A DNA stretch of 64,000 nt from assembly GCA_044868695.1 (NCBI GenBank), contig JBIOWP010000053.1, forward strand, positions 1 to 64,000, given 5' to 3'. Source of the DNA: a bacterium. Lineage in GTDB: Bacteria; Sysuimicrobiota; Sysuimicrobiia; Sysuimicrobiales; Kaftiobacteriaceae. Position 1 is the first letter of the stretch, and every line of letters begins with the position of its first letter. The position numbers and the translations under genes were made by a program. This document shows, piece after piece, positions 28,043 to 37,299 of this stretch. The notes below the pieces were generated by a model. That model was not told the DNA's origin, did no database searches, and saw only the letters and a list, made by a program, of their open reading frames with translations.

Positions 28043-28174
28043 ATGGGAAGTGTCCGGGCGTCGGTTCTGCTTGTCATTGCCGGCACGGTGTCTCTGGTGC
28101 TCGCACTGGGCCTGCGCCGCGGGTCCGGGAGCGGGTACCACCACCCTCCCGATGCGCTAGCCGTCTGGGGCTGA
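28043..28174 (+). CDS. 43-aa single-pass membrane peptide (below the ORF-track cutoff)
   Basis: GGGAGG RBS 6 nt before ATG; MGSVRASVLLVIAGTVSLVLALGLRRGSGSGYHHPPDALAVWG. Confidence 0.55.
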   Translation: MGSVRASVLLVIAGTVSLVLALGLRRGSGSGYHHPPDALAVWG

Positions 28175-28198
28175 TTACGGGGTTCACGCATGGCAACG

Positions 28199-28267
28199 TT
28201 GGGGTTTTTCCCCAATGGGCTTCCGGACTTCACCCTATTCCTGACCATGATGGATGGCTCTTATCTT
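28199..28267 (+). promoter_or_regulatory. bipartite dyad promoter, site 9 (EPS operon)
   Basis: TTGGGGTTTTTCCCC-aatgggct-TCCGGACTTCACCCTATT-N22-TATCTT. Confidence 0.78.
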
Positions 28268-28501
28268 CTAAGCCGTGACGCCGGAGCAGTCGGTGGGCTC
28301 CCCCCGCACGGCGATCGCGGGTTCAGCGAGTGGCCGGGCAAGTGAGGCGGACGGCGCGCGGGGTGGATCTCACGGCTGGCGCCCTTGGTCGTGACCGCGG
28401 ACCTCGTCCTCCAAGCGGCGCCGTCCGTCACTCCCGGCAGAAGGACCGGCCTGCGGCGCGGGCACGAGCCGCGCTCCGCGGGTCGCGACAACCAGGCGAC
28501 G

Positions 28502-29119
28502 ATGACGCACATGGGTAGGCTTGGGTCACCAACTCAAACCGAAGGGGGCGAAGCCTTGCCGCGCGTCGGGATGCTCGCCACGGCGGACGTCGACACGCCG
28601 CGCGTCCCCACGGTAGGGGCGCCGCCCTGGTACGCATTGTGGACGCGCAGCCACTGCGAGCGGCTGGTCTTCGACCATCTCGTCGCCAAGGGGTTCGACG
28701 CGTTCCTGCCGGTGGTCGACATCTGGTCGGTTCGCGCCGGCGTCCGCCGCCGCATCCAGATGCCCATGTTTCCCGGCTACCTCTTTCTCCGCCACGCGAT
28801 GGACAAGTACAGCTACATCGAGGTCCGGAAAGCCCGTGGCCTCGTGACTGTGCTGGGGGAGAGCTGGGATCGCCTCGCCCCGGTGCCCGACGATGAGGTC
28901 GAGGCGATTCAGGCCGTCGTGCGCTCACAGATGCCCGTGCTGCCCTACGCGTATCTGCGCGACGGACAGCGGGTCCGTATTGTCCGCGGGCCGCTCGCCG
29001 ATGTTGAGGGGTTCCTCGTGCGGCAGAAGCCGAACGCAGGACTCCTCGTCCTCTCCGTCCAGTTGCTCCAGCGAAGCGTCGCCGTCGAGGTGGACTGCAC
29101 ATGGGTAGTCCCGGCGTAG
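28502..29119 (+). CDS. NusG paralogue antiterminator (RfaH/UpxY-like); start uncertain
   Basis: WYALWTRSHCE, PMFPGYLF, GQRVRIVRGPLADVEG (KOW). Confidence 0.9.
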   Translation: MTHMGRLGSPTQTEGGEALPRVGMLATADVDTPRVPTVGAPPWYALWTRSHCERLVFDHLVAKGFDAFLPVVDIWSVRAGVRRRIQMPMFPGYLFLRHAMDKYSYIEVRKARGLVTVLGESWDRLAPVPDDEVEAIQAVVRSQMPVLPYAYLRDGQRVRIVRGPLADVEGFLVRQKPNAGLLVLSVQLLQRSVAVEVDCTWVVPA

Positions 29120-30648
29120 CGGCGAGACCAGGCGCGGGGCTGGAGGCGGCGCTGACGGTGTGGCATCGGCGTAAGTGGGTGGCGGTCGCCATCGTCCTGG
29201 TTCTGCTTGCGGCGACCATCGGGGTGTCGCTGACCCTCCCCGACGTCTACCAGTCGACGGTCACCGTGCTCGTCGACCGGCAACAGGCGGCCGGGGATTT
29301 CGCCGCGCAGGCGGCGGCGTCCACAGAACTCGAGACGAGGCTCCGGGCCATCATGCAGCGGATCCTGAGCCGCTCGTCCCTCTACGACCTCGCGATCCGG
29401 TTCGACCTCTATCCCCAGCTGCGTTCGAGGGCGACCGAGGAGGACATCGTGGCGCGGATGCGCCGCGACGTCCGTGTGGAGTTTCAGGAAGTCCGGGACA
29501 TGCTGGCCTGGCGGACGACGACGATCGCGCTCAACGTCAGTTACGTCGGGCGCGATCCCGAGATGGTCGCACGTGTCACCAACGCCCTGGCCGCCCTCTA
29601 CGTCGAGGAAAACGTCCGGCTCCGAGAGCAGCAGACGGCCGGCACCACGGAATTCCTGCGGGCGCAGCTCGAGGATGCTAGGCGGCAGTTGGAGGAACAG
29701 GACCGGCAGATCAGCGTCTTCAAGGAGCGCCACATCGGCGAGCTCCCGGAACAGCAGATGACCAACCTGGCCGCGCTGGAGCGGCTGAGCGCGAAGCTCC
29801 GCGTGATCGGCGATCTGGAACTCCGGGCGATGGCGCGGCGCGACGAGCTGGTGAAGCAGCTGGCCGAGTCCCCCGGTACCCCGGGCGGACTCGCCAAACT
29901 CAGGCAGGAACTCGCCAACCTGCGCACGCGCCTCACCGACGAGCATCCCGACGTTATGGCCCTCAAAGCGGAGATCGCCGCCGCCGAGCGCCAGCTTGCG
30001 GCCGAACGCATCGGGCGCACGGTCCGGGCGGGGTCACCAGAGGAGCCGTCGCTCCGCGATGCGCTCGCGGAAGTCGAAGCGCAGCTGACGGCGCTCCGCA
30101 ACGAGGAGCGGGCGCTGCGGAGTACGGTGGCGACATACGAGCAGCGGGTGGCCAATGCTCCACGGCAGGTGCAGGAGTTCGACCAGCTGTCTCGGGACTA
30201 TGCCGGGCTTCAGGAGCGGTACCGGCAGCTGCGCGAGCGGTATGAGGACGCGCAGGTCGCGGAACAGATCGCGCAGCGCCCGCAAGGTGAGTTCCGCATC
30301 CTCGATGCCGCCGTCCCGCCTCAGAAGCCGGTCGCGCCCAACCGCATCGCGCTCCTCTTTGTCGGTCTGGTCGTTTCGTTCGGAGCCGCGGTCGGGGCGG
30401 TGCTGCTCGCCGAGGGACGCGATACCTCGTTCCACACCGTCGACGACGTGCGCGCGTTCACCGGCGTCCCGGTTCTGGTCAGCATTCCGCCGATCATCAC
30501 CGGAGGAGATACCCGGGCACGCCGGCTCCGCGCGGGCCTGGCCGTCTTCGCCACGGCGCTCGGGGCCGCCGCGGTCGGCGGTGCCTCGGCCTACCTCGCT
30601 CGCTCGAGCGAGACGCTGGTCCGCCTCCTGACCCCGGGGCGTTTCTGA
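29101..30648 (+). CDS. polysaccharide co-polymerase / chain-length determinant (Wzc/GumC-like)
   Basis: Two TM ends around a coiled coil; LPDVYQS, TDEHPDV, FRILDAAVPP.KPVAPNR. Confidence 0.9.
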   Translation: MGSPGVAARPGAGLEAALTVWHRRKWVAVAIVLVLLAATIGVSLTLPDVYQSTVTVLVDRQQAAGDFAAQAAASTELETRLRAIMQRILSRSSLYDLAIRFDLYPQLRSRATEEDIVARMRRDVRVEFQEVRDMLAWRTTTIALNVSYVGRDPEMVARVTNALAALYVEENVRLREQQTAGTTEFLRAQLEDARRQLEEQDRQISVFKERHIGELPEQQMTNLAALERLSAKLRVIGDLELRAMARRDELVKQLAESPGTPGGLAKLRQELANLRTRLTDEHPDVMALKAEIAAAERQLAAERIGRTVRAGSPEEPSLRDALAEVEAQLTALRNEERALRSTVATYEQRVANAPRQVQEFDQLSRDYAGLQERYRQLRERYEDAQVAEQIAQRPQGEFRILDAAVPPQKPVAPNRIALLFVGLVVSFGAAVGAVLLAEGRDTSFHTVDDVRAFTGVPVLVSIPPIITGGDTRARRLRAGLAVFATALGAAAVGGASAYLARSSETLVRLLTPGRF

Positions 30649-30652
30649 TCTG

Positions 30653-31447
30653 GTGGCGGTCGTGAGTCTACACACCATGCAGCGTCCGGTGACCGACACA
30701 CATACTCAGAGCGACGCGCGCACGTGGCGCGGAGACGCCCTCGACGGGCATCTGGTCAGTTTTGTTGATCCCACCTCGTTTGAGGCGGACCAGTACCGGA
30801 CCCTGCGCCACGTCCTGGAAGGGCAGCATCCGGCGAAGCGGCTCATCGCCGTCACCAGCGCCATCGCTGGCGACGGGAAGACCACGACGGCCATCAATCT
30901 GGCAGGCGCCCTGGCGCATGCCCCCGAGGCGCGGATCCTCCTGATGGACCTCGACCTGCGGACGCCGTCGGCCGGGAAGCGGCTGGGGCTTGGCAGCCAG
31001 AGCCCGGGGCTGGTGGATCTCCTGCTCGATCCCGACCTCACGCTGACTGATGTCGCCCGTCAGCATCCCAGGTTTCGCCTGGCCGCCGTGCCGGCCGGCC
31101 GCGCGATGAACGTGCCCTACGAATTGTTGAAATCTCCACGGCTGAGCGACCTGCTGCGCCAGGCACGGCAGCAGTACGACTACGTGATCGTAGACACGCC
31201 CCCGCTGGTGCCGGTCCCGGACTCCCGGTTGATCGCAGACCGCGTGGATGGGTTTGTGCTGGTGGTGTCGGCCCACCGGACGCCCCGTCAACTGTTCGGG
31301 GAAGCGTTGAGCATGATGGACCCCACCAAGGTCATCGGCATCGTGTTCAACGGTGACGACCGCCCGCTCTCCCGGTACTACGGCTACTACTACGGCTACG
31401 GCCACCGCGGGCGTGACGCGCGGCGAGGGAGAGGGCGGAGCCGGTGA
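30653..31447 (+). CDS. CpsD/CapB family tyrosine kinase
   Basis: DQYRTLR, GDGKTT, DLDLRTP, IVDTPP, C-terminal YYGYYYGY. Confidence 0.92.
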   Translation: MAVVSLHTMQRPVTDTHTQSDARTWRGDALDGHLVSFVDPTSFEADQYRTLRHVLEGQHPAKRLIAVTSAIAGDGKTTTAINLAGALAHAPEARILLMDLDLRTPSAGKRLGLGSQSPGLVDLLLDPDLTLTDVARQHPRFRLAAVPAGRAMNVPYELLKSPRLSDLLRQARQQYDYVIVDTPPLVPVPDSRLIADRVDGFVLVVSAHRTPRQLFGEALSMMDPTKVIGIVFNGDDRPLSRYYGYYYGYGHRGRDARRGRGRSR

Positions 31448-31472
31448 GTCGATCGCAGGGAAGAGGGATAAG

Positions 31473-32150
31473 ATGGCGACCAGCCTGATTCAACATCTGA
31501 TTCAGCAGGTGACCGTGGGACGTGAAGCCCGCGTCCTTCGCGAGCCGTTGTACAAGCGTATTCTCGACGTCACCGGTGTCATCGGGGCGCACCTCGTCTT
31601 GTTCCCGGTGTTTGCGTTGTTCTGGGTGGCGATCCCGCTGGCCATCTGGCTGGACGACCGGGGCCCGGTGTTTTACCGGCAGCCGCGGATCGGAAAAGGC
31701 GGAAGGGCGTTCACTATCATCAAGTTCCGCACGATGGTCTCCGACGCGGACGCGCGCCTCGCTTCCGATCCGCAGTTGCGCGCGCGGTTCGCCGAGTCGT
31801 ACAAACTGCGGGACGATCCGCGGGTGACCCGGGTGGGGCGGTGGCTTCGCGCATGGAGTCTGGACGAGCTGCCGCAGTTGCTGAATGTGCTGAAAGGGGA
31901 CATGAGTCTGGTCGGCCCGCGGCCCATCGTAGAGGACGAGCTGTCGAAGTACGGGCCATGGGGAAGCCGGCTCCTGAGCGTGAAACCCGGGCTCACCGGC
32001 CTGTGGCAGGTGCTGCGCCACGAAGAGCTCGACTACGGGCGGCGCATCAAGCTGGACATGTTCTACCTCGACCATCGAAGCTTGCGGCTCGATCTCGCGA
32101 TCCTGCTGCGCACGCTGCCATCGGTCTTGGCGCGGCGGGGAGCGTACTAA
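31473..32150 (+). CDS. priming sugar transferase (Bac_transf family)
   Basis: KRILD, KFRTM, DDPRVTRVG, SLDELPQLLNVLKGDMSLVGPRP. Confidence 0.93.
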   Translation: MATSLIQHLIQQVTVGREARVLREPLYKRILDVTGVIGAHLVLFPVFALFWVAIPLAIWLDDRGPVFYRQPRIGKGGRAFTIIKFRTMVSDADARLASDPQLRARFAESYKLRDDPRVTRVGRWLRAWSLDELPQLLNVLKGDMSLVGPRPIVEDELSKYGPWGSRLLSVKPGLTGLWQVLRHEELDYGRRIKLDMFYLDHRSLRLDLAILLRTLPSVLARRGAY

Positions 32151-32159
32151 CAGACGCGT

Positions 32160-32783
32160 ATGGCGACGTCCGGACAGCGCAGGCAGATCGTCGACGAGTA
32201 CTGCAGAACGCGGGGCCGCCAGGCGGCCGATGCCGTGGTGATGGCCTACTGGCCGCTGCTGCGGCGGTGGACGCATCCGTACCACAGTGTGCGGGTTCCC
32301 CGCGACGACATCCTGCAGATCGCCGCCTGCGGGCTGCTCAAATCTCTGGCGCGCTTCGATCCGCGCCGGGCCAGCTTCGACACGTATGCCCGCCATTGCG
32401 TGCTCGGCGAGGTCCGCCACTTCCTGCGCGACCACAGCGCCGTCGTGCGGGTGCCGCGATCGATGCGGGGGCGCGGCGAAGGTCCGCTGATGCAGTCGCT
32501 GGATGCGATGCTGGACGACGCGGAATCCGGCCGGCCGCCGCTACAGATCGGACGGGACGACCCTGGGGTGGGGCAGGCGGAAGCCCGCGTCCAGCTCTGG
32601 GAACTGCTGCGCGACCTCAACCCGCGCCAGGGCGCCGCACTGTTGCTGTGGGTCGGGTTCCAGCTGCCGCAGCAGACCGTCGCCGACGTCCTGGGCGTGC
32701 CGCAGAACGCGGTCAGCCGGCTGTGCAGCCGGGCCCTGCAAACCCTGCGCGCGCGGGCGGGCACGAGCCCCAACCGCAGGTGA
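32160..32783 (+). CDS. short SigB/SigF-like sigma-70 factor
   Basis: GLLKSLARFDP..FDTYA..GEVRHFLRD..VRVPR; region 4 Q.TVADVLGVPQNAVSRL..RAL. Confidence 0.75.
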   Translation: MATSGQRRQIVDEYCRTRGRQAADAVVMAYWPLLRRWTHPYHSVRVPRDDILQIAACGLLKSLARFDPRRASFDTYARHCVLGEVRHFLRDHSAVVRVPRSMRGRGEGPLMQSLDAMLDDAESGRPPLQIGRDDPGVGQAEARVQLWELLRDLNPRQGAALLLWVGFQLPQQTVADVLGVPQNAVSRLCSRALQTLRARAGTSPNRR

Positions 32784-32793
32784 GCCGGATCGC

Positions 32794-34152
32794 GTGACCC
32801 AGAGCCCAGGGGCAGAGTGGTGGCGGCCGGCAGGCGCGCGCGCCGCGACCCTGCCGCGCGCACCCGGGTCGATCGCCGGGGACAGCCCGGTGCCGTTCGC
32901 GGCGCTACTGGTCTTCGTGGTTGTCCTGATGCTCGCACCGAACGCCTTCGTGCCGGGCGTCGGGCGTGTGCGCCTGGCGCTGCTCACGGGTGTCTTCGCT
33001 GTCGCGGCACACTGCTGGACCCGATACAGCGCGGGGCGGCCGCTCATGGCCCACTCGCGGGAAACCTGGCTGGTCGGTGCCCTCCTCGGCTGGATGATCC
33101 TGACCCTCCCGCTGTCCCAGTCGCCGGCCGCGAGCCTGGTTCTGTTTGATGATTACCTCAAGACGCTGGGCGTCTTCTGGCTCCTCAGTAACACCGTGAC
33201 CACCCAGGGGCGGCTGCGCGCGGTGGCGTGGACGCTCAGCCTGACTGCCGTCCCGCTGGCCGTCACCAGCATACGGAACTTTCTCGCCGACAACGTGGTG
33301 CGCGGGAGGATCGTCGGCTTCAATGTGTTGACCTCGGACCCGAACGCCCTGGCGATGGTGCTGAACCTCATCCTGCCCCTGACCGTGGCCCTCTTCCTGA
33401 TCAGCCGCACTCCGATGGTGCGCGGCGTGTTGATCACGCTGATGGCGCTCGATGTGGGCGCCGTCGTCGTGACGTTCTCCCGGGGCGGCTTTCTGACGCT
33501 GGCGGCGATCTTCGTGCTGTACCTGCGGACCCTGCAGCGGTGGCGCCGGTGGAGGTGGGTCATCGCCGCGCTGGTGCTCGCGACCGCGGCGGTCCCGCTG
33601 CTGCCGGCCGAATATCTGGATCGCCTCGGCACCATCACGAACATCCAGGCCGATACGACGGGGGCTGCCCAGGAGCGGTGGGAGCTCACCCAGGCCGGTC
33701 TGCAGTATGTGAAGCACCACCCGCTGTTTGGCGCCGGGCTGGGGATGAACGTGATCGCCGACTGCGAGCGCCGCGGGGTGCTGGCCGAAAACTGCGCCAG
33801 CGTGTGCGCGCAGCCGCTGGTGGTCCCGTGCCTCTTCGTCCATAACGTCTACCTGCAGTACGCGATGGACCTGGGGTGGCCCGGGCTGGCCCTGTTCCTC
33901 CTCTTGCTCGCAACCTCCGCGCGCGGCGCCGCGTGGGTCCGCGACCGCTGCGCCGCCTTCCCCGCCCTCCGGGAGCTGGCGCCGTTGTCCGAAGCGGTCC
34001 GGATTGCGATTATCGCCTTCGCCCTGGCCGGGCTCTTTTATCCGTGGGCGTATTTCCTGTACTTCTATCTGTTTGCGGCGCTGGCGGTCGCCGCCGGCGC
34101 CATCTATAAGGGTGAGGCGCGCGCCGCCGCGCCGGCGCTGACCTCGCCATAA
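32794..34152 (+). CDS. O-antigen ligase / Wzy-like polymerase
   Basis: Multi-TM; DPNALA, TFSRGGFL, HPLFGAGLG, VHNVYLQ. Confidence 0.88.
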   Translation: MTQSPGAEWWRPAGARAATLPRAPGSIAGDSPVPFAALLVFVVVLMLAPNAFVPGVGRVRLALLTGVFAVAAHCWTRYSAGRPLMAHSRETWLVGALLGWMILTLPLSQSPAASLVLFDDYLKTLGVFWLLSNTVTTQGRLRAVAWTLSLTAVPLAVTSIRNFLADNVVRGRIVGFNVLTSDPNALAMVLNLILPLTVALFLISRTPMVRGVLITLMALDVGAVVVTFSRGGFLTLAAIFVLYLRTLQRWRRWRWVIAALVLATAAVPLLPAEYLDRLGTITNIQADTTGAAQERWELTQAGLQYVKHHPLFGAGLGMNVIADCERRGVLAENCASVCAQPLVVPCLFVHNVYLQYAMDLGWPGLALFLLLLATSARGAAWVRDRCAAFPALRELAPLSEAVRIAIIAFALAGLFYPWAYFLYFYLFAALAVAAGAIYKGEARAAAPALTSP

Positions 34153-34175
34153 GAGGCGCGGAACGGAGGAGATCG

Positions 34176-35186
34176 ATGATGAACCCTGTGATGCCTAACC
34201 GCCCCGTGGAGCTGTTCTCCACCTGTCCCGCCTCTAGCCACACCGCGCAGGAGCTCTATTACGACCGTGTGGTCGAGGTGGCACGCTGGAGCGAGGAGGC
34301 CGGGTGCACGGGAATCCTCGTGTACGCGGACAACAGTCAACTCGACCCCTGGGTGGTGTCACAGATCATCGTCCAGCACACGACAGCGCTCTGCCCGCTC
34401 GTCGCCGTGCAGCCCGTGTACATGCATCCGTACGCCGTGGCCAAGATGGTGACCTCGTTCGGGCAGCTCTACGGTCGCCGGATCTACCTCAACATGGTGG
34501 CCGGCGGTTTCAAGAATGATCTTGCGGCGCTGCATGACACGACCCCCCATGATCTCCGCTATGCGCGTCTGGTGGAGTACACCACCATCATCACCCGGCT
34601 GCTTGCCGGCGAAGTGGTGAGCCACGCGGGGGAATTCTACACCGTCGACAAGCTGAAGCTTACCCCGGCGCTGCCGCCCCAGCTGCAACCCGGCGTGTTC
34701 GTGTCGGGGTCGTCGGAGGCGGGCCTCGGCGCCGCACGGACCCTCGGAGCGCTGGCGGTCAAATATCCCGAGCGCGCGGCGGAAGAGCAGGCTCCGCCCC
34801 AGGATGTCACATGCGGCGTGCGGGTCGGGATCATCGCGCGCCAGGAGAGCGTAGACGCTTGGGCCGTGGCGCGCGAGCGGTTCCCTGAAGACAGGCGCGG
34901 CCAGCTGACGCGCGAGCTGGCGACGAAAGTGTCGGACTCTGCCTGGCACCAGCAGCTCAGCGGCCTGGCCGCCGATGAGACGAGCCCGTACTGGCTTGTG
35001 CCGTTTCAGAACTACCACACGATGTGCCCGTATCTGGTCGGGAGCCACCGGCAGGTCGCAGAGGAAGTCGGCCGCTACGTCGGACTCGGCTACCGGACGT
35101 TCATTCTCGACATTCCGCGGACACCGGAAGATCTCCAGCATACCCGGCGTGTCTTCGAGGGGATCTCGCAGACCGTGGCCCGATGA
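34176..35186 (+). CDS. LLM-class (luciferase-like) flavin-dependent monooxygenase
   Basis: PLVAVQPVYMHPY, RIYLNMVAG, FVSGSSEAG, LVGSHRQVA. Confidence 0.85.
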   Translation: MMNPVMPNRPVELFSTCPASSHTAQELYYDRVVEVARWSEEAGCTGILVYADNSQLDPWVVSQIIVQHTTALCPLVAVQPVYMHPYAVAKMVTSFGQLYGRRIYLNMVAGGFKNDLAALHDTTPHDLRYARLVEYTTIITRLLAGEVVSHAGEFYTVDKLKLTPALPPQLQPGVFVSGSSEAGLGAARTLGALAVKYPERAAEEQAPPQDVTCGVRVGIIARQESVDAWAVARERFPEDRRGQLTRELATKVSDSAWHQQLSGLAADETSPYWLVPFQNYHTMCPYLVGSHRQVAEEVGRYVGLGYRTFILDIPRTPEDLQHTRRVFEGISQTVAR

Positions 35187-36793
35187 TCGAACGGCTCGAA
35201 CACTGGGTGGCGGAGCAGGGGCAGCGTCGCCCGGACGCGACGGCGGTCGTGCTCGGCGACGAGCGCCACACGTATGGCCGCCTCGAGGCCCTCTCGAATC
35301 AACTGTCCCGGTGCCTGCTGGAGCTTGGGTGCGAGCGCGGCGACCGCGTCTGCCTGCTGAGCCCCAAGTCCCCGAGTGCCATCGCGGCGATCATCGGGAT
35401 CTATAAGGCCGGCGCGATCTACGTGCCGCTCGACCCGGCCAGCCCGGCGCCACGGCTGGCCAAGATCATCGACTCCTGCGAGCCCCGATGGCTGCTTGCC
35501 GCCGGGCCGGTCACCGGTCTCATCGATGACCTCGCCGGCGACGGCGGAGGCCGGTCGTCGCTGCGCGTCGGCTGGCTCGGGCTCGACCACCCGCAGACCG
35601 GCCGGGTCCGGATGACATTCTCGGCGCGCGACCTGGAGGGCTACCCGCCGGGCCCGGTGGGAACGCCGGGTGGGCGGTCTGACCCGGCACACATCCTTTA
35701 CACCTCCGGATCCACGGGGCAGCCGAAGGGTGTCATGATCACTCACGACAATGTGCTCCAGTTCATCCAGTGGGCCGTGCGCTATTTCGACATGCGGCCG
35801 GGAGATCGAAACTCCTGCCACCCGCCGCTGCACTTTGACCTGTCGATGCTCGATATCTTCGGGACGTTTGCGTCAGGCGGCGAGCTCCACCTGGTCCCGC
35901 CCGACATCAACGTCCTGCCGAACAAACTGGCTGAATTCATCCGGACCTCGGCGCTCGTCCAGTGGTTCTCTGTCCCGTCCGTCCTCAACTACATGGCGAA
36001 GTTCGACGTGGTGCGGTTCGATGACTTCCCGGCGCTCCGGCGCCTGCTGTGGTGCGGCGAGGTCTTTCCCACGCCGGCCCTGATCTACTGGATGCAACGC
36101 CTGCCGCACGTACAGTTCACGAACCTCTACGGGCCGACCGAGACCACGATCGCCAGCAGCTACTACACATTGCCGGCGTGCCCGCAGGCGGAAACGGTGC
36201 AAGTGCCGATCGGGAGGGCGTGCGAAGGGGAGGAACTTTTCGTGCTCGATGACCGCCTGCAGCCTGTGCGGTCCGGCGATGTCGGCGAGCTCTGCATCGG
36301 CGGCGCCGGCGTGAGCCCCGGGTACTGGCGGGATCCCGACCGCACGCGCGCCGCGTTCCTCTCGCCTCCGGGGGCGGCCGACCCGGAGGCGCGGATGTAC
36401 CGGACCGGCGATCTGGCGAGGGTCGGGGACGACGGCCTAGTCTACTTCCTGGGCCGCACCGACTCGCAGATCAAGCACCGGGGGTATCGCATCGAGCTGG
36501 GCGAGATCGAGACCGCGCTGCATGCCATGGGCAGCCTGCGCGAAGTCGCCGTCGTGGGCGTCACTGCGAGCGGGTTCGAGGGGACCAGCATCTGCTGCGC
36601 GTACGTGCCCGCGGCCGGCCGGTCGCTCTCGCCCACGATGCTCCGCCAGCACTTGAGCCGGCGGCTGCCACCGTATATGTTGCCCGCGCGGTGGATGGCC
36701 CTGCGGGAGCTCCCCAAGAACGCCAACGGGAAGATCGATCGCCGCCGCCTGACTGAAATGTTCCAGCTCGAGGAGGCGGTGGGGTCCCGATGA
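35183..36793 (+). CDS. stand-alone amino-acid adenylation enzyme (DltA-like)
   Basis: YVPLD, YTSGSTGQPKG, HFDLS, NLYGPTE, YRTGDL, GYRIELGEIE, NGKIDR. Confidence 0.92.
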   Translation: MIERLEHWVAEQGQRRPDATAVVLGDERHTYGRLEALSNQLSRCLLELGCERGDRVCLLSPKSPSAIAAIIGIYKAGAIYVPLDPASPAPRLAKIIDSCEPRWLLAAGPVTGLIDDLAGDGGGRSSLRVGWLGLDHPQTGRVRMTFSARDLEGYPPGPVGTPGGRSDPAHILYTSGSTGQPKGVMITHDNVLQFIQWAVRYFDMRPGDRNSCHPPLHFDLSMLDIFGTFASGGELHLVPPDINVLPNKLAEFIRTSALVQWFSVPSVLNYMAKFDVVRFDDFPALRRLLWCGEVFPTPALIYWMQRLPHVQFTNLYGPTETTIASSYYTLPACPQAETVQVPIGRACEGEELFVLDDRLQPVRSGDVGELCIGGAGVSPGYWRDPDRTRAAFLSPPGAADPEARMYRTGDLARVGDDGLVYFLGRTDSQIKHRGYRIELGEIETALHAMGSLREVAVVGVTASGFEGTSICCAYVPAAGRSLSPTMLRQHLSRRLPPYMLPARWMALRELPKNANGKIDRRRLTEMFQLEEAVGSR

Positions 36794-37299
36794 GGCTGCT
36801 CCCGCTGGAGACGCCGCAACTCATCGCGCGCGTCGCCGACTGGCTCAACGACCCCGGGAATGCGCAGTGGCTCGATCTCGGCGGCGGGCCCGTGACCCCT
36901 GCGCTCGTCAAGATCATGGCGCAGCGGGACACCAACGTGATGCGCGCCTTCACCGCCGACGACGACGAAACGCCGATCGGCGTCGTGGCGTTCCAAAATG
37001 TCGACCGGCGCTGCAAGACCGCGACGATCTGGATCGTGCTCGGCGACAAGACCCACGGCGGTCGACTCTACTCCATTCGGGCCACGTCAAAATTGCTGAC
37101 GTTCGGATTTCAGGAGCTCGGACTTACGGCGGTCAACACTTGGATCGTGGAACATAACCGCTCTCAGGCGATCGCAAAGCGCCTCCATTTTCGCTACGTG
37201 GGGCGGATGCGCCAGTGCCACTACATCGATGGCCAGCCGTTTGACCGCCTGTGGTTCGATCTTCTCGCCTCCGAACACCGGGAGCGCAACGGTGGCTGA
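36790..37299 (+). CDS. GNAT N-acyltransferase (RimJ/RimL-like)
   Basis: IGVVAF..VD, FGFQELGL, N.SQAIAKRLHF..VG..RQ. Confidence 0.75.
   Translation: MRLLPLETPQLIARVADWLNDPGNAQWLDLGGGPVTPALVKIMAQRDTNVMRAFTADDDETPIGVVAFQNVDRRCKTATIWIVLGDKTHGGRLYSIRATSKLLTFGFQELGLTAVNTWIVEHNRSQAIAKRLHFRYVGRMRQCHYIDGQPFDRLWFDLLASEHRERNGG

Noticed and set aside
28268..28560. ops/JUMPstart element or canonical ANTAR dual hairpin in the EPS leader
   Set aside because: No GGCGGTAG; the candidate hexaloops lack the closing C-G pair or the A1/G4 pattern.
31473..31490. Tenth box B (ATGGCGACCAGCCTGATT)
   Set aside because: It covers the first codons of the sugar transferase, with no box A at the expected spacing and no -10.
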